A DNA stretch of 64,000 nucleotides from Octopus vulgaris (taxonomy: Eukaryota), in the NCBI GenBank assembly GCA_951406725.2, contig OX597814.1:63798001-63862000 (forward strand), in the 5' to 3' direction. Positions 56,136 through 64,000 of the stretch are shown piece after piece (position 1 is the first letter of the stretch; each line of letters starts with the position of its first letter). A model generated the notes under the pieces. The model saw nothing but the letters and a program-made list of their open reading frames with translations. It was not told the DNA's origin and made no database searches. The translations under genes were made by a program, and so were the position numbers.

Positions 56136-58358
56136 ATTATAGGGAGTTTGAATAACATAAAATATGTTTTAGTTTTAGTTAAACATCATTGAAAGATCAT
56201 TCATTGAGCCTTCTCCGAGATAATTCAAAAAGTGTCAAACAATATCTGCCTTTCTGAAAATGAAAATATAAGTAAAGTTGTAACTTTTTAATTCTTTCAA
56301 AGATTACTTTGAAATTAAACTGAATATTTTCTATATTAAAGGTAGCATATTAAATGGGCAATCAATTTAGATTTAAAATCTTATCATCTTGTCGGCAAAG
56401 TTAAAAGGTATCGAATTAAAATGTTCCATCTGCCGACTAAGTCGTCGTAATACTGCAATGATTTGGTGCTTATAGAATGGTAAGTTATGCCAGTTAAATG
56501 CTTTTTCTATGGTATTACTACTCATGAATACAGTTCCGAACTGTAGCAAATAAACTGCATAGAGAAAACTCGCCACAGGTACACTACATCGAAAAGTCTT
56601 TTAGTGGACCCAGCATCATATTAATGCCAACAGAACATATTCCTTCATTGATGTTCACGTGAAAAAAAATTATATATTGTTTGACGTCACCACACTAATC
56701 ATTAAATCTGTGATTCAGTATTTCATTCAATAAAGAGAAAACTTGTAAAAGAAAGAGAGAGATGAAAGAAAATGTGTGACAAAGGGAGATTTTACAAGCG
56801 TTATTAGTTTTTGTATGTGTGTGTTTCTGTTTTATAGTTGCAATCATTTAATTTACCAATTACTTTTAACTACCGACTGACATTGGTATGTAAAAGAGAG
56901 GGGATAATAAGTAAACGACTCCAGCGTTTTCCATTTAAAAGAGAAATAATCTCTACATATATTTATTACAGAAATGATGTTACATAGATCTTTGTGAGTG
57001 TCGAAATAACAATACAACTTTAGCTCTCTTACACTTCATTCTGAGTGAGTTGCCGCTCGTATCTCTTTCTTATGCAGTATCCTTTTCTTTTCTTTTCATT
57101 GTTCAAATTATATTCTCATTTCCTTTCGTCTGTTCTCATTTTATTTTATTTCATCTTACTTTTAGTTATTCCAGTTACTTTACGTTCAGTGTTCTATTCA
57201 GATTCAATTTATCTATTTATTTATTCATTCATTTATTTATTACATATCCTCACTTTTGCTAGTTTTCAACTTTGTCTTTATATTCTCATCTCTCTCTCTC
57301 TCTCTCTCTCTCTCTTTTCTTTCTCTACTTCTTTTTATCTATCTCTTTATTCATTTACTCATTCATACAATTTTCTTTATATTTTGAACCTTCAACTTAC
57401 AACTACTGCATTTGAACATTTACATTCGGTTTCAAGAGTACAATCTAAAAAGACCGACTCTTTTTGTAGAAATAGGCATTGAACCTTAAAAACACTCACT
57501 CATCTATGTATATAGATTCTTTTTTACTTTTATTATGTCTTTTTATTTTTCCTCTCCCCATCTCTTTGTGGTATTTTGTAGTATAATTGCTGTTGTTGCT
57601 GTTGTTGTAGCTATTATTGTTAGTGTTGCTTTTTTGCTTCCTATTCGGAACGAAGAGACCCCCACCTTTTCTTTCAGTTGAGCAAGTAGAGTGCTGTTAT
57701 ACCTGAAAGTGTTTCTTTTCTCTTGGCTTTATTTTATTATCTATTTTTTCCTTTCCGTTTTAACTAAGTGCGGGTCTCAGAGCGCGTTGTCAATGAACGA
57801 CATGTCACACGGGGCGTGATTAGCTGTTGAAAATTGCTTAATAAATACATAGACCCGGTGTGGGCCGGATGTGAATCAAGGTGCCACATTGTCCAATTGT
57901 TAAGAATCTTGGATTAAGAGCTTAAGCTATTCTTTTTCTTATTACTCTTCTCTTCATATTTTTGCCTGTTTTTTTTTTTTTTTTTTGCTGTGAGATTCTT
58001 TAAAATTGTCTTTAATGGTTGTGTATACGTTTTTGTGAGTATATCTCTGTGTGTGGTTTTATGTATCTGTGTGTGGTTCTATGCATCGGTGTGCATGTAT
58101 TTTTGTATATATGTGTGTGTTTATCTGCTTGAATACATTAGTTGGGGTGGGTGAGTGTACACACAAACGTATATTTCAAGATTTTTGTGTATAAATGAGC
58201 ATGTATATACGCTTACATATGACTGCGTGTGCATTCACATTCACTTCTTTGTGCTTGTATATTAATGTGGCCAGAGGTTTGCACAGTTGAATGTGTGTAC
58301 GAACAGCATATGGATAATCGTATATATTTGTTTATACATGCATATATGTATATCTATG

Positions 58359-58413
<55 letters not shown>

Positions 58414-59039
58414 TGCGTGAGTGTGTGTGTGTGTATGTATGCATATATATGTATGTATATATATATATATAATTTATATTCATATTTACACATATATACA
58501 TACACACATATATAAGTGCGTGCGTGTGTGTGTTGGATGTTAGTATGTCTGTGAATACATTAGTTTCCATATCGGTACGTTTCATTTCGCTGATTGTGTA
58601 CATTAGAACATATGTGCATGGGGATGAGAAAATACAGCAACATGATTTTCCCCGTTCTAGATAATAGCCCCCGCGACAATAAGTTGCAATTGTATCACTC
58701 CAACTATGTAACTATGTAACAACACGCTGAAGAGTTTTTTTTTCAAACTCATCTTTGGTCTATATCTTACAAGTATCATTCTATCATTTTCCTGCCGTAC
58801 CCCACGAATTGTGCACAGATATTCTAAGTCATATTCCTAAATCCAATACCAGCCAAATAGGACATAAATATCACGGCCACCAGAAACATCGTACAAATAT
58901 AGCCAATCTCACATGATTTGCAAAGGTTTTGTTACGACCCTTTTTTCGTGCCCGTTTCATACAGTTTTCCCGGATGAGTATCATCTCAAACATTAACATA
59001 CAATTTGTTATTGAGTTATGTCTTCTTGCTACTAGTACA

Positions 59040-59330
59040 ATGCAGGGCAGCGTGTGGATTACTTCTTAGGGTAATCAGTTCAAAATCGTTAGGTGGTGAG
59101 TTGTTTGTCTTTATTTCACATTGCTCCAGTTCCCTCAGCTGGTAAAAATGAGTTGTACGTGTATGTCAAAGGTCCAGCGTTGTGATATTGTGTCATGCTG
59201 AATCTCCTTCAGAACATTAAGAGTATGCTTGTTTGTGGAATGCTCAGCCACTTGCACGTGAATTTCACCAGCAGGCTGATCCGTTGACCGAATCATCTGG
59301 AACCCACGTCGTTGTAACCGACAAGGTTAT
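59040..59330 (+). mobile_element. tRNA-derived SINE, family C
   Basis: Reverse-complement similarity to 10462-10780. Confidence 0.7.
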
Positions 59331-60044
59331 TACCATGCAGGCATTTGAATTTCAACTTCCTTTTATTTACGCTCCCTGAGCAAAACTATACCTTGTAACT
59401 TAATGTCGACGGTTGGTTTAGTGTGCCGATATGCTGATTATACTCGGTTTCTCTCATACCCCATATTTTCCCAAGGTAATCAAGGGAGAAGGCTAAGTAA
59501 CATCAAACATCCTGGGGATATAAGAAGCACCTGCTGTCTGAACTGATGTATTAAGATCCATTCATTGCTAGAGGTATACATTTTATTCCCCACCTTACTT
59601 TGTAATATAAACTATATTTTGGAGGAAGAAGTCATCTTTTCGCTAAGTTGCTGTAGTCTTTTATCGTGGTTTCTTCTTTCTATTCTCGCGGCAGACGACT
59701 TACTAAAACAACATCAATGCTACGTCAGTATTTGTGAATTTTCTATGAGTTACAATTATCGTCACAAACTATTCGATTTCATTGATTGTGAAATCCGAAA
59801 AATCAAGCTTAATCTCAGGTTAAGACGTAAGCAATTCATCAGAGTCATGTTTTCATGTATTGCAAGTTTATCTTCGTTTCGTTTGATCGATCTATCTTGG
59901 TCAAGTAACCTTTTCACGAACATAAAAGGAGGATACGTTAACACTCTTTGGCATTTCCGCTTTTACGCTCTTTTCTTGGGTGCGCTTCCTGTTCTTTATT
60001 TAAGTATAATAACACTTTTAACATCATCCGACAGGAATTACTCA

Positions 60045-60312
60045 TTTCCTTTTACTTCTTTCAGTCATTTGACTGCGGACATGCTGGAGCACTGCCTTTA
60101 GCCGAACAAATCGAAGCTTATTCTATCGGTCACTTGTGTCGAACCGCTAGCTTAAGGGGACGTAAGTGCACCTACATAATTGCCAAGCGATGGTGGGAGC
60201 ACAAACACAGACGCACAAACATATATATATGTGTCTTCTACTATAGCCTCGGGCCGACCAAAGCCTTGTGAGTGGATTTGGTAGACGGAAACTGAAAGAA
60301 GCCCGTCGTGTA

Positions 60313-60395
<83 letters not shown>

Positions 60396-60790
60396 GTGGG
60401 TGTGTTTGTGTGTCTGTGCTTGTCTCCCCAACATCGCTTGGTAACCGATGCTGGTGTGTTTACATCACCGTAACTTAGTGGTTCGGTAAAAGAGACCAAT
60501 AGAATAAGTACTAGGCTTACAAAGAGTAAGTCCTGGGGTCGATATGCTCGACTAAAGGCGGTGCTCCAGTATGGCCACAGTCAAATGACTGAAACAAGTA
60601 AAAGAGTAAAAGAGTATATATATACGATAGGCTTCTTTCAGTTTCCATCTACCAGATCCGCTCACAATGATTTGGTCGATCCGAGGTTATAATAGAAGAC
60701 ACTTGCCCAAAGTGCTACGCAGTGGGACTGAACCCAGAAGCATGTTGTTGGGAAGCAAGCTTCTTACCACACAGCCACTTCTGCGTCTGT
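60045..60790. mobile_element. Cluster of family D SINE pieces in mixed orientation
   Basis: 3' half (-) at 60050-60220, a 5'-truncated copy (+) at 60230-60615 and a 5' half (-) at 60620-60790. This fits a + copy inserted into the internal microsatellite of a - copy. Confidence 0.8.
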
Positions 60791-61304
60791 TCCATATGTA
60801 AAAAGATATAGTACAGAAAATAATATTAGATGGAAAATCTATAGTTGACATCACAGCAATTTTTTGTTGACTTGCACAAATAATACGAAAGGTAGCTATG
60901 AAGCTTTACTAGTAGCAAATTGCAAGCCAAAAATCTACACAGAACACAAAGTAAACCAAAAATTTTACCTGTGCTTCACGCAGTATAATTTCTAAATCCG
61001 GCATCGAAGATGAATTTATATCAGTTTCTCATGATCTTTTGCGACCTACATTAAATTGCACAAAAATCCTATGACCATTTCGTTCATTTGTTTAAGTCCA
61101 AGTATCTCTTGAATCGTCAACGGATTAATGAATTTACAAAGAACTGAAAAATATAAAAGTTTTAATAAAACATCGCATCCAATATGCAGCCATATATTTA
61201 ATGCAACTTGTTTGAAATATGAGAAAAATATGTGAACTAATTAGTTGACAGAAATTGTGTGGAAGCCCGTCATATGTATATATGTATGTTGTACGTATGT
61301 ATGA

Positions 61305-61354
<50 letters not shown>

Positions 61355-61407
61355 GTGTGTGTGTGTGTGTGTGTGTGTGTGAGTGTGTGACAATTAGTTG
61401 GTTGTCA

Positions 61408-61470
61408 TAATAAAAGTCAGAGTTCCGGATGCCGGGACTGAAGTCTACTCCGGCATCTCATGAGTTATTA
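61408..61470 (-). ncRNA. Degenerate hammerhead in inverted pLTR
   Basis: Minus strand reads taataa-CTCATGA-GATGCCGG...CCGGCATC-cGGAAC-TCTGACTT-ttatta, with core mutations. Confidence 0.5.
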
Positions 61471-61494
61471 AGACAAGTGCTATAAAAATTACCG

Positions 61495-62773
61495 TTGAAT
61501 AAAGGGTAATTACTCCGATAAGCATGGGGAAAGTAATACTTCATTCGTAGAATTCGAACAGGCACACACACACACATATACACACATGTATGTATATATA
61601 TCTATATGCATACTCACACACTCGTGTACATATGCATACAAACACACATATATACATACATAAATCTACGCATACACGCACATACACACGCATATATACC
61701 CATGCACACATCACTACGCTCATTACGCATCTCTACACGCACACACATACATACGCGGATATACAAACGTAGTTTATACGAACGTGCATATACATACGCG
61801 GAAAGACGTATATGTAAATAAAAACACATACGCAAAAACGCACGCATCATTATGTTCATATACACATCTTTATACGCACATACACATACGCGGATATACA
61901 AAACGTAGTCTATACACACATGCCCATAGACGTTTATACAAATAAAAACACATACGCAAACAACATAAACCGTAAAACATTCACATTCGCCGCAAAACTA
62001 TGCTTCTATCTCTAAGGAACTGCTCGATAAAGCCCTCACGTTCGCAAGCGAAGTTATAGAAATTAGTACACAAGATAAGGACATCTTCCATGCTAGAAAG
62101 GTTTTACTCTTCGGTGAGAACGCAGAGTGGATTAACACAATCGATACAGAGGGTGCCTTCGATGTGAGCATGGGATCATATGATGGAGCAGGCATATGCG
62201 ATCTCATTAGACTATTCCTACTCGATACATTGAGTAAAACTTTATCTGGTATATATTTCGCCATTTACAAAGATGGAGCTCTAGCTTTAACTACGAACCG
62301 CAATGGACCAGCGCAAGATCGGCTTAGGAAGAACATTATTCAAATGATGAAAACATTTGATCTTAGCATAACAATAAATACCAACCTGACAGTTGTAAAT
62401 TTCCTGGATGTAGCTTAAGATTTAAATAAGAATATTTAGAAACCCTATAGAAAGCCCAACGATAGACTTAGCTATATTAAAGTAGGTTTCTGCCATCCCA
62501 CCATAGTATTTAAGAATTTAGTTAAAAACATTAGCAAGATAATTCCTAATATAAACATTTTTAATAGTGTTGCCCCAATATATAAAGCTCTAAAAGATAG
62601 TTTAGCGAGAAAATAATGCGAGGAAATAACTTATACACATGTTATTGGTATATATACGAATGCAAGACTCTACCCGTTGTACTTGTCTCCTTCCTTCATA
62701 CATATATGTATGTATATACGCTTATATATCTGCAAGTGTAGATGTGTTTGACAGACAGGAGGGTGTATTTGTG

Positions 62774-62805
<32 letters not shown>

Positions 62806-63310
62806 GTATATTCAAGTTTTGCGGCGAATGTGAACGGTTTACGGTTTATGTTGTTTGTGTATGTTTTTGTTTGTATATACGTCTATCCGCGTATATATGT
62901 GTATGTGCGTATAGAGACGTGTATATGAACATAATGATGCGTGCGTTTTTGCGTATGGGTTTTTATTTGCATATACGTATTTCCGCGTATGTATATGCAT
63001 GTGGGTATAAACTACGTTTTGTATATCTGAGTATGTATGTGTGTGCGCGTGTAGAGATGTGTATATGAGCGTAGTGATGCGTGCATGGGTATATATGCGT
63101 GTGTATGTGCGTGTATGCGTAGACATATATATATATAGGTGTATTTGTATGTATATGTACACGTATGTGTGAGTATGCATATAGATATATATATATACAT
63201 GTGTGTGTGTGTGCGTACGTGTATGTGTGTTTGTATATGTGTGCATATGCGGATTCTATGAATGAAGTATAGCTTTCCCATGCCTATTGGAATAGTTCCC
63301 CTTTATTCAA
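61495..63310. repeat. ~500-bp diverged inverted repeats (61495-61998 and 62816-63310) flanking the PLE RT fragment
   Basis: 'acattcacattcgccgcaaaac' pairs with 'gttttgcggcgaatgtgaacgg'. Similarity continues to 'ttgaataaaggg' versus 'ccctttattcaa'. Confidence 0.85.
61998..62620 (+). pseudogene. Decayed RT of a second PLE lineage
   Basis: 'YASISKELLDKAL', 'FDVSMGSYDGAGICDL', 'IYKDGAL', 'TNLTVVNFLDV' and 'KPYRKPND...HP'. Confidence 0.85.
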
Positions 63311-63369
63311 CTAATACACCTACTTGTTCCCTCACCTGTCTTCGTCCTTTATTTTCTGTACCCACCAGT

Positions 63370-63584
63370 CATCCTTCAGGTGGAAAGTAATAGATCATCC
63401 AGGCCCATATATTCATGAAAGAGGTCGTTGCAGAATCTACATCGCGGAGAGAGCCAGAATTCTTAAGGACTATACTAAACCTGGCGCGTTAAATAGTCGT
63501 AAAGAAGTTGTTTTTTTTTCTTCTAAATGTGTCCACTTCAAGCGCTACCTACTGGAAAATTGGATCTTCCCGTTTGCTAGTTAG
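63370..63584 (+). pseudogene. C-terminal end of a PLE GIY-YIG ORF
   Basis: 'FRWKVID...PY....RCRIYIAERARIL....ALNSRKE...SKCVHFKRYLL' resembles the PLE C-terminal W.I...Y....C.LC..EK..I...LN.R.E..SKC.H motif. Confidence 0.7.
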
Positions 63585-63740
63585 GCTTTTTCGGGTCTAT
63601 AAATGTCTTTTTTTTATCCTCTGGTTCAGGAGAGACAACCCGACCTCATTAACATTTTTCTACGTGTTAAGACTTAAATCACGATTTCTGAGCGTTTCCT
63701 CACGTACGCGACGTAGAATATTAATTTTTTTTGTCTTTGT

Positions 63741-63805
63741 ATAGAGGCTGTTGAGCTGTCCACAAGGCTTTGGTTTTGTGGATACGAAACTTTTGGTAAC
63801 TCTAT
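63741..63805 (+). ncRNA. Near-canonical hammerhead in PLE 3' UTR
   Basis: atagagg-CTGTTGA-gcTGTCCACAAGGC-tttg-GTTTTGTGGATAc-GAAAC-ttttg-GTA-actctat, with A6>U. Confidence 0.6.
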
Positions 63806-64000
63806 GCCCCAAATTAAAATTTTTGTTGTAATAATTACTGCTCTATTCTGTAGAGTGTGCTTCTTTTCTGATATGTGTTTTAATGTGTGCAAGTGTATGC
63901 GTACGTCTTTGAGTTTGTGTCTCACCGCTTGCAATTAATCTTTTAATATTTATTTGCATAACTGCAGTCAAGGCGTTTGGCAAAGAAATGATACTATAGA

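Overview
AT-rich animal genomic DNA, saturated with microsatellites and transposable elements. The repeat landscape suggests an octopus-like cephalopod (inference). I found no convincing host gene exon, and most short ORFs are microsatellite translations. The only long intact ORF belongs to a very young Penelope-like retroelement (PLE; RT plus GIY-YIG). It sits as a near-perfect ~1.95 kb-arm head-to-head palindrome (44.8-48.9 kb) with a templated micro-inversion at the centre, both 3' ends in (TA)n, and a minimal hammerhead ribozyme (HHR) in each 3' UTR. The most interesting signal is a set of small non-coding HHR-bearing elements, also inserted in (TA)n. One family has three diverged copies (9.4, 49.0 and 50.5-51.7 kb) with covarying hammerhead stems. 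A second has a 361-bp monomer (9.8-10.4 kb). Two of these insertions are more than unit length and carry a 5' inversion, like the PLE. Together they are a candidate PLE-mobilised retrozyme/circRNA system. Also present: a decayed full-length R4/Dong-like LINE in (TAA)n, Tx1/L1-like LINEs, mariner and Tigger/pogo DNA transposons, several tRNA-derived SINE families and an older PLE relic with an inverted pLTR. All alignments and folds were done by eye.
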